DNA of 64,000 nt from the human T2T-CHM13v2.0 reference genome, Homo sapiens. The stretch is from the NCBI RefSeq assembly GCF_009914755.1, contig NC_060936.1. One strand, given 5' to 3'. Positions 30,364 to 44,143 of the stretch are shown here, in pieces. Position 1 is the stretch's first letter. The number at the start of each line of letters is the position of its first letter. A program made the position numbers and the translations under genes. The notes under the pieces are model-generated. The model had not been told where the DNA came from. It made no database searches and saw nothing but the letters and a program-made list of their open reading frames with translations.

Positions 30364-30484
30364 TGCTACTTGGTGGCAAAAATAATCCATTGATATTTCG
30401 AGGTTTGCTGTGATAAAAGATACAGCTGATCTTCACACAACCAAGAGGCTGAGTTTCCCAGAAGCATGAAATGCTGCAGTTTTG
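30364..30484 (-). CDS. C12orf50: C12orf50 exon encoding CCCH finger 3 (QNCSISCFWETQPLGCVKISCIFYHSKPRNINGLFLPPSS), 121 nt
   Basis: ttttatctag acceptor, A|gtgagt donor, phase 0-1; C-x8-C-x4-C-x3-H followed by the GLFLPPS motif of the ZC3H11A family. Confidence 0.93.
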
Positions 30485-30646
30485 CTAGATAAAAGGAGAT
30501 TGGGGGAAATGTAATGATTAGATGCCATATTTACAACAAATACAATGTGCTACAATACAGCACAAGGACACAAAAACAATTATAGTTAACTGATTTAGGA
30601 TCATGTGTGTCTTCCAGCTTTCAGTGTTTCTAAGCCCTGCTATTCA

Positions 30647-30946
<300 letters not shown>

Positions 30947-32942
30947 CTAAAAGAAAAAGTAAACAGTGTAGAAAGCTCAATATGTTGACATTAGTGTTCA
31001 ACAACAATAGGTTGCTAATTAGTTAAACGAAATATGAGTAGATTACACTAGAATCACAAAGATATACACTATCAATTTTAGGCCATAAGTCTAAATTTTA
31101 GCAAATTAGTCTAACTTTAGTGAGAAAGCAACAAGATAGTCTAATGGTTACATAGTACAACATGCCACAAATCACTGATAAAATGCTACCTTTTGTTATT
31201 CGTTAATCCATATGGTTCACTAGGAATAGAGATATAAGAATCCAGTGACACTTTGATCACAATTCAATGACAGAACAACTTAATTTCTCTTTTGGAAGAA
31301 AGCCAGATGAAATTTTTAAGAATCTCTACCTACATTCTAATTGTGAAAATGATTTCTATTAATCAATCCTTTTATTAGATAATCTATTTTCTCAGTCTAT
31401 GGAGATACTGTTAAGTTTTTATGGAGCTTAAAATTTATGTTATTGTGGAATTTTAATTATTGTATTATGATATACTACATTAAATATATGTGCTTTGTGC
31501 CTTTGGCTTAGAAAGATAAACAATTGCCTATACATATACTCACTGACTTGTTAATATGCCAACAAAAGTAGATGTGGATTGTTTTAATGGGCCGCTATTA
31601 CTTCTTAAAAATTCTATGTTCTTTTAAATGTAAACGCACATTTGGTAAAAACTACAAGCCCCTGTTGTGTGGGAAGAGAGGTGGATAACATTCTTCCCTC
31701 TTTTGACACATGTTCCATGGTTGTTCTTTATCTTTTATCTCTCTCCTACTTCCATCTTCACTCTCTCCCCCTTGTTAAAGTAGATCCATATACTCTCATA
31801 GCACGGGTTAGTAGGCAGGGGTTTTCAAGTCAATAAACTGGTATTTGAAACCCTGGGCGCCACCACTTGCCCATTGTCACAAAGTTAATACTTAACTCAT
31901 ACTCTCTGTGCTTCAGTTTTCTCATCTGTATACAGGAAATAAAAACTACTTTCCTTACAGGTTAGCTGTAAAAATGATGTGATATAAGGTATTGTGAGCT
32001 ATTATTATTATTTATTCATTTAATTATTTACTGGTAACTTACTCATTAGCCACTGTGCTAAGTACTTGGGGATACAGCAGTGAAATAGACAAAACACTCT
32101 GCCCACCTGGGACATGAAATCTGTTATTATTCTTTATTATCCTAGCATTTAATCTAACAGGTAATAGAAGTGAATCCAATTTCTGTGGTCAGAGAGGTTG
32201 ACTCCATTCAGGTTTCCTAACAGAGAGGAAACACTTGAAACCAGACATATCATCTTTTTCACTGGATTATTTCTTGCATGAGCACAAAGCTCCAAATATT
32301 GAGTTTCTACCTTTATCTGGTTTTACTAAGATCTATACATCCTAATACATTGGAGGAATTCTCAGTTTTTCCCATTTAACTTTATAAAGTTTAATTTATA
32401 TGTGGCCAATTTGTTTATATTAATTTTCTTTTTTAATGATATTTAAATATTTGTTATTACTTAGACTTTTGACAGAGGAAAATTCAGTAATTGGGTTAAT
32501 AAATTTCAAATAGGAAAACAGATTTATTACACTAAGTTTGACACTTACCTGAATTCAACTATTTGAATTATAATGACTGGAATCATATTAACTAAAACAA
32601 TATCTTGTAACCTATGATGTTTTAATATTAGGAATTTAATGTCTCAAGGTGTCATAATATAGGCAAAAGTGCCACATGAAGATTCAAAAGCTATAGACAT
32701 ATAACTGGTATATATAAGGGTAGTTTCAAACAAATAATAATTTTAAATTATCTCAGATTTCTTCAGAGAAATTCAGTATGTCAAAAATACATGATAAGCT
32801 GTTACTCCAGATTTTACAAATATAAGATATCTTGCAAGAAAATAGTAAATTTTTGTTCAGCAATACAAGTTATTGCCATATCTCCCTTCATTCTACTAAA
32901 AAGATTAAGCATGTGAAGTACTGTCAATTGTACAATATTTAC

Positions 32943-32996
32943 CTTTATGCATGTGGAATTAAAAAAGAAATAGCAGTCATTCCCAACTTCTGCCAT
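32943..32996 (-). CDS. C12orf50: Predicted true first coding exon of C12orf50 (MAEVGNDCYFFFNSTCIK)
   Basis: Strong Kozak gaaaATGG; AAG|gtaaat phase-0 donor; peptide aligns by eye to the ZC3H11A N-terminus (..GEDCYFFFYSTCTK). Confidence 0.8.
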
Positions 32997-33215
32997 TTTC
33001 AACTCTCTTGCTGCTAATCCAATGGTTTTTTTTTTTTGAAAAATATATATGAATTTCAGGAATGCAAATACAAGAACTATCAGTGTGTAAGGGGGAAAAA
33101 TAATTTCTTTTCCACAGTCTTTCAGGCTATCAGTAGTATTCCTTTAAAACTGACCTCCTGTTGACAGTATATTACGCAATAGATAATTCTTAAAGACATT
33201 TAAATTAGAAGATAC

Positions 33216-33280
33216 CTTCTCTAGCTTTGCAGAAACGCTGAAAGTGGTTGCTAGTAAGCACACAAACTCAAACTTCTAGA
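33216..33280 (-). other. C12orf50: Candidate non-coding first exon / TSS region of C12orf50
   Basis: AAG|gtatct donor-like site at 33214-33215 in unique sequence upstream of the ATG exon; the 5' boundary is not visible in the sequence. Confidence 0.35.
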
Positions 33281-33349
33281 ATTTTCCTCATTGTTACCTA
33301 ATCCATTGTTTGCTCATCATAAATGACCTCACATGTAACTGCAGGCCAA

Positions 33350-33387
33350 TGTTCACTCAGGTAAACTACAGTTTACCTGAGTGAACA
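33350..33387. repeat. Perfect 18-bp inverted repeat with 2-nt spacer
   Basis: tgttcactcaggtaaact-ac-agtttacctgagtgaaca. Confidence 0.95.
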
Positions 33388-33979
33388 CTGTATTTCCCTT
33401 ACTCAGTTTTAGCATATTAACTACAAAGGACTAGCAAAAATAAAATAGCATACTTTAATCTTTCAATGTTCTGGTTGAATATGGACTATAAACTAGTTTA
33501 TACTTTTATAATAGAAAGTGATAAGTATTTCACAAGTAAACAGCTATTTCTAAATCTTCGTTTCTATAGAGGTTTTGGGAATAACACTAAAAATTTGCCA
33601 TAGGTAAATGAGCTACTCATATTCTAAGATAATAAAAACAATTATTTAAATATGTACTCTCTACTATCCATTGATTTGGGAAAAATCATATTCAAATTGT
33701 GATATATTAATAGGTACCTGAAAATATATTGGGCTACTTATTCATCTTGTGGCTATATTCCATTTATTTTTCATCCATCATAAAAAGAGGAATATCTTCT
33801 TCCTATAGCAGAAAGTTTCCAGAGTGCTTGAAGGCTTTGAGAATTTGTTGAAAACAAGGGAAATACTCTGATTTCCAGAATGAAACATTTCAATCAGCAG
33901 TTATTTATATCTTCCTCTTAGTATCTTTAATCAAATAATTAAAACCCAGCAGAAATTAATAAAAAATATTCCTCATAAA

Positions 33980-36260
33980 TGTATTAGTCCGTTTTCATGC
34001 TGCTGATAAAAGCATACCCAACTGGGAAGAAAAAGAGGTTTAATTGGACTTACAGTTCCACATGGCTGGGGAGGCCTCAGAATCATGGCAGGAGGTGAAA
34101 GGCACTTCTTACACTGCGGTGGCAAGAGAAAATGAGGAGAAAGTAAAGGTAGAAACCCCTGATAAACTGATCAGATCTTATGAGACTTATTCACTATCAT
34201 GAGATTAGCATGGGAAAAACCCGTACCCATGATTCAATTACCTCCCCCTGAATCCCTCCCACAACATGTGGGAATTCTGGGAGATACAATTCAAGTTGAT
34301 ATTTGGGTGGAGACAGAGCCAAACCATATCATTCCACCACTTGTCCCTCCAAACTTCATGTCCTCACATTTCAAAACCAATCATGCCTTTCCAATAGTCC
34401 CCCAAAGTCTTAACTCATTTCAGTATTAATCCAAAAGTCCACAGTCCAGTGTCTCATCTGAGACAAGGCAAATCCCTTCCACCTATGAGTCTGTAAAATC
34501 AAAAACAAGCTAGTTACTTCCTAGATACAATGGGGATACTGGTATTGGGCAAAGCCACTGCAAGTGGGATAAGTTGGCCAAAACAAAGGAGTTACAGGAC
34601 CCCTGCATGTCCTAATTCCAGCAGGGCAGTCAAATTTTAAAGCTCCAAAATGATGTCCTTTGACTCCAGGTCTCACATCCAGGTCATGTGGATGCAAAAG
34701 GTGGGTTCCCATGGTCTTGGGCACTCTGACCCTGTGGCTTTGCAGGGTACAGCCTCCCTCCTGGCTGCTTTCACAGGCTGGCATTAAGTGTCTGTGGCTT
34801 TTCCAGGTGCATGGCACAAGCTGTCAGTGGAGCTACCATTCTGGGGTTTGGAGGATGGTGGCTCTCTTCTAAAAGCTCCACTAGGCAGTGCCCCAGGAGG
34901 GACTCTGTGTGGGGGCTCCAGCCCACATTTCCCTTCCACACTGCCCTAGCAGGGGTTCTCCATGAGGTCCTTACTTCTGCAGCAAACTTTTACCTAAGCA
35001 TCCAGGTGTTTCCATACATCTTCTGAAATCTAAGTGGAGGTTTCCAAACCTCAATTCTTGCCTTCTGTGCTCCTGCAGGCTCAACAGCAATGTGGAAGCT
35101 GCCAAGGCTTGGGGCCTGCACCCTCTGAAGCCACAGCTCGAGCTCTATGTTGGCCCCTTTCAGTCATGGCTAGATTGGCTGAGACACAGGGCACCAAGTC
35201 CCTAGGCTACAGATGGCACGGGGACCCTGGGCCTAGCCCATAAAACCACTTTTTCCTCCTGGGCCTCTGGGCCTGTGATGGGAGGGGCTGCCGTGAAGGT
35301 CTCTGACATACCCTGGAGACATTTTCCCCATGGTCTTGGGGATCAACATTAGGCTCCTTGCTACTTATACAAATTTCTGCAGCTGGCTTGAATTTCTCCT
35401 CAAAAAATGGGTTTTTCTTTTCTACTGCATCATCAGGCTGCAAATTTCTAAACTTTCATGCTCTGTTTCCCTTTTAAAATGGAATGCTTTTAACAGCACC
35501 CAAGTCACCTTTTGAATGCTTTGCTAAGCATTCAATCTTCCAGATTCAGCAATACCAGATACCTGAAATCATCTCTCAGGTACTTTGTTCAAAGTTCCAC
35601 AAATCTCTAGGGCAGGGGCAAAATGCTGCCAGTCTCTTTGCTAAAATATAACGAGAATCACCTTTGCTCCAGTTCCCAACAAGTTCCTCATCTCTGTCTG
35701 AGACCACCTCAGCCTGGACCTTATTGTTCATATCACTATCAGCATTTTTGTCAAAGCCATTCAACAAGTCTCTAGGAGGTTCAAACTTTCTCACATTTTC
35801 CTGTCTCTTCTGAGCCCTCCAAACTGTTCCAACCTCTGCCTGTTACCCAGTTCTGAAGTCACTTCCACATTTTTGGGTATCTTTTCAGCAACACCCCACT
35901 CTACTAGTACCAATTTACTGTATTAGTCTGCTTTCACACTGCTGATAAAGACTGGGAAGAAAAAGAGGTTTAATTGGACTTACAGTTCCACATGGCTAGA
36001 GAGGCCTCAGAATCATGGTGGGAGGTAAAAGGCACTTCTTACATGGTGGCAGCAAGATAAAATGAGGAGGAAGCAGAAGTGGAAACCCCTGAGAAAACTA
36101 TCAGATCTTGTGAGACTTATTCACTACCATGAGATTAGCATGGGAAAGACCCACCCCCATGATTCAATTACTTCCCCTGGGTCCCTCCCACAACACATAG
36201 GAATTCTGGTGGATATGATTCAAGTTGAGATTTGGGTGGGGACACAGCCAAGTCATATCA
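33980..36260 (-). mobile_element. Full-length THE1 (MaLR) provirus: 5'LTR 35919-36260, 3'LTR 33980-34331
   Basis: Paired LTRs (tgtattagtc...catatca on the plus strand), THE1 internal sequence, 5-bp TSD ATAAA at 33975-33979 and 36261-36265. Confidence 0.9.
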
Positions 36261-36937
36261 ATAAATAACATAAAAGGTGCCATGAAAATCACACATTACT
36301 CTAGATAAAAACGTATTTTTAAATTGTCATGTATGTTTAATTAGAAATGTAAAAGACTAAGACAAATATGAATTCCCACTTCGGTTATGTAAAACAAGCT
36401 AAGCTGCTGGGAACTTTTTGAAGACAATGTTTTAGGATAAAAATCTGATATGTAAAATAAAATAAAATATAGAAAAAAGTTTTTAAATGTAAATTGAACA
36501 TAATTAAAAAAACGAGGTAGTGTGAGAGGTAAATGAAGTAGAGAATAAAGATTTGGCTAAACCCTTGAAAATACTGGCAAAGATACATAGAAAAATATAA
36601 CTACATTTTGTTTTGCCCTATCTTCTAACTCTAGAACAAAGCACCCATGAAGTAAGCACTTAAGCTACTGGGAGAAACATCCCTAAGAAATATTTTAAGT
36701 GGGTTTTGCCTCCAGATAAACACTGTCTACACCTGCGAACTTGTAGCTTCATTGGACTGTTTTCAAATATTCTTACCAAACACTATTATTGCATGTTACA
36801 TGTAACATCATGATTAAAGTCATTGTGAGAATTCCTGTTTTACAAAGGAGAAAGTCTGAAAAAAAGTGTTTACTTCTTGAAGTTAGGTGCAAACAGCTAC
36901 ATTCCAGTAGACACAGCAAAAACAGGTCAAACTCACA

Positions 36938-36971
<34 letters not shown>

Positions 36972-37170
36972 GTCATTGCAGAGCACATAAAATAGATCTG
37001 TACATTTTGGTAGTGTTTAGAATGCCTGGAGTCTTACCTTCTCTACCTTTTTAAACTCTCTTTTCTTTTCCTTCTCCCTCAGCCCCTTTTTTCTTTTCCT
37101 TATTCTCTTCAGTTCTATTCTTTACTGTTGTGAATTTCATTCTGGTCTTAAAAAAAAAAAAAGCTGTTAC

Positions 37171-37467
<297 letters not shown>

Positions 37468-39199
37468 CTATTACAGCCCTATGAGGATGATTACTCCTGT
37501 AATGAAGAATGATGGGAAATTTGTCTCCAGGGCTGGAAGTAGGCCTGAAAATTCTGTAAGTACTTTGTGTTGGCCAAAGCAGGCTCACATTGTGTGTCTT
37601 TCATCTTTGATGCTTACTAGAGCACTAACATATTAGTCAGAGAAGAAAGACTTTCTTCTATTTTGTAATCCTGTGACACCACTTTAAGTACAGTGGCTGG
37701 TAGCAACTCCTTGGTGACCCTTCAGAATTATGAGAATCGGGCAAAGTTGATGGCTGCTACCCGTCAGAGCAGGAGTCCAGTTTATAACCGTGAGTTGATC
37801 CTGTGCCTCTCCCCTGATGAGGATTTGTGTTTCTGCCAGAAGCTTTGCTCCAGGTACTGATGAAACCAAAGTTTTGGAAATAGAAAGTGCTTCCTGAGAG
37901 ATGACTAGCTTTGCAACTACTATTCAAAGAATAAGTAGAGTGTGTTTTAGAAGATGAGTATTTCCCACAAATGACAGAATGTTGGACTTAAAAGGTTCTG
38001 TGGCAGTTTGGGAGGTGACAGTTGATAGTTGTGAAAGTTGTTGTCTCTGAGATTCGTGAAACACGCCGCTTTTTAGAATGCCTCTGAAAGAACAAAGAAG
38101 TCACTGGCACTCGACTATAATATGCTAAAAAGTTTCTGGTTCCAACAGCACACAGCCAGCATCAGGTGTTTTCTTTTTTGATAAATGCAGGCGGGGTGTG
38201 ATGTGGGAGAACATTTTGTGTTTTCCTGTGAGAAAAAGATAGTAGAAAAGAAAGTAAACACTTTGAAATGGCAAATCTCTTTCTTCCTCCCTCCCCTCTG
38301 AATCCAGTAATCAAAAAACTGTGAACTTTTTTTAAATTTTATTTTTTTTCACTGTCAGTATTCAATATAACTGTGAACTTTTTAAAGGAAGATGTTTTAT
38401 TCTTTGAGAACCCCCTTACTAGTTAGATACCTCTAAGTGAGATATAGTTGTTTAATTTTTCCAAGGGCTAAGTCAGTAACATGCTGGACAGTTGAGTACA
38501 TGCAGATAAGACAAAGAAATGAGACCTGGGCCTAGTCCAAGCCCATAAAGGATGGCAGTAAAGTCAAAATTCCCCTACAACTTCAGGCTAGGAACTACTA
38601 CATTCAATGAGATGGAAAGGCTACTATTCCTAAATATTTAGTATTTATTTTATTTAGTCATTGTCCATCTTATCACTTACCCTCAAAATATTCTTTTGAG
38701 CAGTAAGTTAAGGCTGTTTTTAGCTCGCAGTTGATTGACTACCATTACTCAAGCCATTTGGGCTGTTGGAGCTCACCTTTAATTAAACAAGATTCTTATG
38801 AAAAACTTGAGAATGAAATCTGGTTGTAGGTATTCCTGTACTTTTGGATTAGTCTAAGGCTGAAATTTCGCACTCACTCCGAAAAGAACATCAGAATCAT
38901 TTCGACCATGCTATGCTGCACAATAAGGAGTAGTTCAAACGACAACTTTTTTTGATCCCAGGTGTTTTATTATAGGGTTTTCTGATAGTCTTACCGGAAA
39001 GGAAGTTTTCATTCTGCTTGGGAATCTGGGGATGTCTCTAGCCATTTCTAAACTTCTACAGTGCTTCCCCCACGAACTAAAGATAACAGGCAAGCAGTTT
39101 CCATTGGAACTGTGTTAAATCGACATCTGAAATGTTCATTGCTTATAATTTGATCTTATTTAATTTCCCAAAAAATCATTAGTTACTAGGTATTGCTAA

Positions 39200-39790
39200 G
39201 TACCCACGTTCGGGAAACGCATCTTTTTTTTTTTTTTTTCACGGTTATTAAAACCGAGGGTGGGGGGCGGAGGACGCACGTGGGAACCCACCAGGCGCCT
39301 CAGCTTCTGCACTACAACTCCCAGAAGGCGCCGCGGCCAGGAAGCCGCTTCTGGACGGGCGTTCCCGCCCCTCGCTGGGCTTGGTAGTTGGGGCGCAGCC
39401 GCGGTGGCTGGGCGCGGAGTGTGCGTGGCCTGAGCCGTGCGGGTGACTGCTTCAGGGCTTCTCCGCGACTGGACCGGGCGCCGCTCGAAAGCACGCCCTC
39501 CATTCGCACTGCTTGTTGGGCTCATCATGAAGCGCTTGGGCTCCGTGCAGCGGAAAATGCCGTGTGTGTTTGTGACGGAGGTGAAAGAGGAGCCTTCCTC
39601 CAAAAGGGAGCATCAGGTACGGAGGAGCGCCGGGCAGGCTTGGCGGCCCGCGTGGGCTCCTCCCCGCGGCGCTGGCTCAGTGCGAACCCGGCGAGGGCGG
39701 CTGGGCGCTTTAGAACTGCCCTGCAGGCCAGGAACCTCTGTAGGTTTCCCTGGGGAGGTCTGGGGTGGGAGTTCCGTACGCCCTGAGCTC
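39200..39790. promoter_or_regulatory. CpG-island promoter of RLIG1 with GC box (about 39263-39271), E-box CACGTG (39277-39282) and ZNF143/THAP11-type motif ACTACAACTCCCAGAAGGC (39311-39329)
   Basis: The only GC- and CpG-dense segment in the window; spans exon 1; motifs read directly; no TATA box seen. Confidence 0.88.
39527..39616 (+). CDS. RLIG1: RLIG1 exon 1 (aa 1-30)
   Basis: atcATGaag start; CAG|gtacgg donor, phase 0. Confidence 0.95.
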
Positions 39791-42700
39791 CAGGTTCTTG
39801 TACTTTTCTTAGTTGTGAGGGAGGGAATTTGCGAAAGAATTTTCCTTATCAGGAGATTCAAACTTGTCCTCGCAAGGAAATGGATAACTCACATCCACAG
39901 CATGTCCCTTCCTTTTCAGGTCAGCACCTTTTGGGGAAACCCCCTAATCAGGTAATTGCCACAGTCCAAGCTTTACTACTTTTCAAGAGTGCAGTAAGAA
40001 AGGGTGGATATTAGAAGACTTGCTTTACCTGTTCTGTCCGAACCAGTGGCGGTGTTGACAGTAGCCTAATTAGGTCACTGAAGTTCACACCTCATATTAC
40101 CAGTAATTACTTAATTTATTCTAACTTTGGTGTTCTCAAGGTTTTCTGTTGCAGCAACGTGTTTTCCATAGTGTGCCCTCGGTAAATGCTAGTGAGTAAC
40201 CTATATTTGGGTAATTTTTTCATATTGTACTATAAAACGTTGTAGTCTTTGATCAGTAGAATCCCCAGTGATTAGTTGGGTGCTTCCCAACTTTGCTGAT
40301 TTCAAACAAAACCAACATGTCCATTGGAAATCCACCTCACTTGAGTTTCATCATTGGCACTGGCTTTCTCGTCTTCTGGACTAAAACTTGTTTAAGGCAA
40401 AGATTGCCCTGTTATCTTTAGTCCCAGCTTCTAGGACCTGGCACGTGGTAGGCACTGGATAAATATTTGTTGAATTAAAGAATGAACCCTGGAATCATTT
40501 CATGCCAGTTTTCCATTCACCTTGATGCTTTTTACCTTATAGCATCTGATCTTTTCCTGCTTTCTATTGCTGTCACAGCTGTTACAGTTAATATTTCATG
40601 TCCTGCTCATTGCACCACCTAACTGGTCTTACTTGCCACTCAGACTGATCATCACCATGTTCTTTCCTCGTCAGAATACCACAGTTATTACTCAATGTTT
40701 GTAGCAGTAATTGGCTTTTTTTTTTAGCTGTAACAAATGTAATCCATATGAAACATTATCATCTGTTTTAGTATTTCACTCTACTGTGATTTTCAACTTC
40801 GTATGTTTGAGGGGAGTAGTTTGTGAAAGTATTCTCCACCAGGGAAAATAAGCAGCCCCTTCTCTTACCTCTCTGCAGTTAAGAACAGCTTACAGTATCG
40901 TTTATAGCATAGCATCCACATTCTTAATTATAATTCAGGGCCTCCCACTAATGAGGCTCAATCTACCTTCCATCGTCCTTAAAGTGGATTCTGTTTTAAC
41001 CATCTATTTCATCCTGTGAACATATCAACCACAATCCTGTCTCATATTTTTGCTCAGACTGTTCACTCTGGATCACCTCTAGAGTGTTTTTAATTTTTCA
41101 AGTCAGTTCTTCTCCATAAAATCTTATCAATTTAGCCATTTCAGTGATTTCCCCTACCCAGAAATTGTAGAGGGCCACTCAATTGATATTCACTATTTTA
41201 ATACACGTACCTTGTTTTTCCGGTAATAGTCTAAAGCCTTTTATGACAGGTGGAGAAGGAGAACTTTGTGTACCCCTCAGTGTCTCGTGTTGTCCTTTGG
41301 ATATGTCGATAGCAAAGAGCAGATGATTGATTTTTATGGAAGGAATGTTTATACTCATCAGGAGCTCCATGGGGCAGAGTAATCTTCCCCCCCACATAGG
41401 ATCTTTGATAAATTTAGATACACACACACTGCTATTGGACCAGACCCTGTGGCTCTACCACCCTGGGTTAAATTGATATCCTTTGAAACCAGCATCATAA
41501 GTTAGTGAAAACCAGTTGTATTTTTAAAGTACTGAATCCCTACTAGACGATTATATTTTAAAAGTATTGAATCAGTACTAGAAGGGGCTAATTTCTTAGT
41601 TTACCTGTTTGCAATAGTGCATAAGTCTTAAGCTCACACACAGCAGTATGTTTATATTGTACAGTGTTGTTTCACTTTGTAAGATGATGCTACTTCAGAT
41701 ACAGACTATAGAAGTGGCATAAGTCTTTTTCAGAAATGAAAATAAATTATAGATAAAAAGTTAGTAGGAACCCAAGAAACTGCCTTTTCCTCATCCTTGG
41801 TGCCCTTCTTCTTCCTGACAGTAGAAAAACCATAAATTAAATATGTAAACAGCTGACTACTGATAAAGCTGAAAGGGACAAAAAGTGAGTACTCTCAAAG
41901 CAAACAAACTCAAAGGAAAAACAAAAGGCAAGTGATTCTTACTAGTTTTAACGGTGAAAATTGTTAGGGGAAAAACATGAAAAAAACAAAATCAACTTCA
42001 AATCTTGAGTACTCATGGTGCAAAGACATAGAACTAAAATGGTTCTGAAGTATACGGTATAACATCTCTAAGATGGCATAGTGGGCCAGCTTGTGCTATC
42101 AGTGGGGCTGTATTTACAGGAGTGCTAATATGAGGTCTCGTCTAAGAGGTGATGCCAGCGGGTTTTACTCCTTTTTTTATATTCTGCCTGCATAGTCTAG
42201 GACAAGGCCGTTCACAAACTAGATGCTCAAGCTTTGTTGAATGAGTTACCACAAAGATTTTTAGATCAACATAGACTCCTAAATACAACTTTCAAAGTAA
42301 ACAATTCATCAGACTACATGGGGATGTCAGGTAACTGTGAAGAAAACTGTTGTCAAAGTGAAGCCTAACTCAAGAGTCAAGAGATTTGTTTTATAGAGGC
42401 AATTTTTCTTTTGCCATCTTGAACATTTTTTAAGTAAATAAACCATAGCTGATACAGCTCAGAAATTTAAGTTTGTAGTACTGTCATGTCTAATATAAAT
42501 CACTATTAATGGTAGGAAACCATCGGGGTGAACTTTCCTTTCAGGCAGATAATATATTTTCCTAAGAGTATTTGTTGAACTTTATGATGATACATCTGAA
42601 GATTTTTAGGATATAAAACTGAATCAAGGATAGAATAGTTCTGAAAATTAAGATGCTTTTAAAGTCTGTGATCTGTTATGTTTAGACAGAGATGCAAGCT

Positions 42701-44025
42701 CTGTGACAATGAAGGTATACTAATGATAATTGCTTCATGAAAAGGATGAAGATCATTAGTTTTTCAGCCTGTGCTTATAATAGCACTTGTTTATCATGCA
42801 GTTGAGGAGGAAAAACATGAAAAAAGTAAATCCAGAAACCATTTGATTTTGGCTCTTAAAGAAACTTCTTGGTAGCAAATAGAAACTGATGTCAATTATA
42901 TTGAGAAAAATGCACTGAAAAAGAGACAAGAAGTATGCCAAAACGTTCTTTGTGATACATCTGAAGGGTGATGACGTGGGTGATTCATTTATGCCTTTGT
43001 ATATTTCATTTACAAATTTTCTATAATGAGCATCTATTAGCTTTGCAAGGAAAAAAAGGTTAAAAAAGGCAAAAACAAAGTATGAACTATCTTCCGTCTC
43101 TTTTGCCTGCTCCCTGAGAATGTGACCTGAGACAGGAGTACATTACCACATCCTTGCTAAGACTCCTTATGAACCAAGTCTTAATTAAAAAACAAGTTTT
43201 GTAAATCACAAAAATGTTTGTGCTTATAAAACAGGGGGAAAGTCTCATGTACTGAAGAGTAGATTGACTCTTGGGAAAACTGAAAATTACAATTGAAAGA
43301 TACTTGTATTGAACTACCAGAAGCACTTATGAAGTTTAAGTTAATTAAGCATACAATCTAGTTTTACTTCACGCAGATCCAGACTCAATGTCTGCCTTGC
43401 ATTCTTCAGACACATCAAGAAACCTTACCTTTTGTTTTTTTCCTCAGATATTTACATGGTATTCCTTTGCTTCAAATTTGGTTAAAGGTTGCCTCCTCAA
43501 AGTTTCCCTTTCCACCGTATCCAAAATAGCACCTCATCCCTCTTTCCTTTACCCATTTGTTTTTAGCACTTGCTTGTCATAGCTAACATTATATTATGCA
43601 TTGTGCTTCTTTTGTCTCCCTCATTAAAATGCAAGTTTCACCCAAGGCAGGTACTTTTTTGTTCACCTCTGTATTTCCAGTGCTGAAGACAATGCTTAAT
43701 CTTAGGCATTTAGTAAATAATTGCAGGTATATGATTAAATATACTGAATGCCTTTGCTAGGGATGCAGCATTGCAAAGAACAAAGGTGGATAAAGAAACG
43801 TAAATAACTACAGAATTGTGTAGAAAATCAGGTGTTGCTGTGATAGTACAGAAGGGAGCAAACAATTCGGAACTTCACAGAATAAATATTTTTAAATCAT
43901 TCTGAAAGATGAACTGGAGATCATTCCTTAAAACTAATGAAATTAAGAAGATTTCAGGTGAGCATGTGTGCAAAGACATAGAGGCTATCTATCTTAAACC
44001 GGTTTTCTCTCTCTCTTTTTTTAAG

Positions 44026-44143
44026 CCATTTAAAGTTTTGGCAACTGAAACTGTAAGTCACAAGGCATTAGATGCAGATATATACAGTGCAATTCCAACA
44101 GAAAAAGTGGATGGAACATGTTGTTATGTTACTACCTATAAAG
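44026..44143 (+). CDS. RLIG1: RLIG1 exon 2 (aa 31-69); motif I EKVDG, with the K57 codon at 44104-44106
   Basis: Polypyrimidine tract + aag acceptor; G|gtaaaa donor. Confidence 0.95.

Noticed and set aside
33247-33259. X-box-like gttgctagtaag near the C12orf50 start (RFX site)
   Set aside because: Second half-site deviates from consensus; too weak to call without ChIP or conservation data
39196-39955. Long overlapping ORFs (132-172 aa) on both strands at the CpG island
   Set aside because: Expected from stop-codon scarcity in GC-rich DNA; only 39527-39616 is supported by splice signals and continuity
43909-44025. ATG-initiated ORF in frame with RLIG1 exon 2
   Set aside because: Reads through the polypyrimidine tract from degenerate repeat-like intron sequence; no promoter evidence
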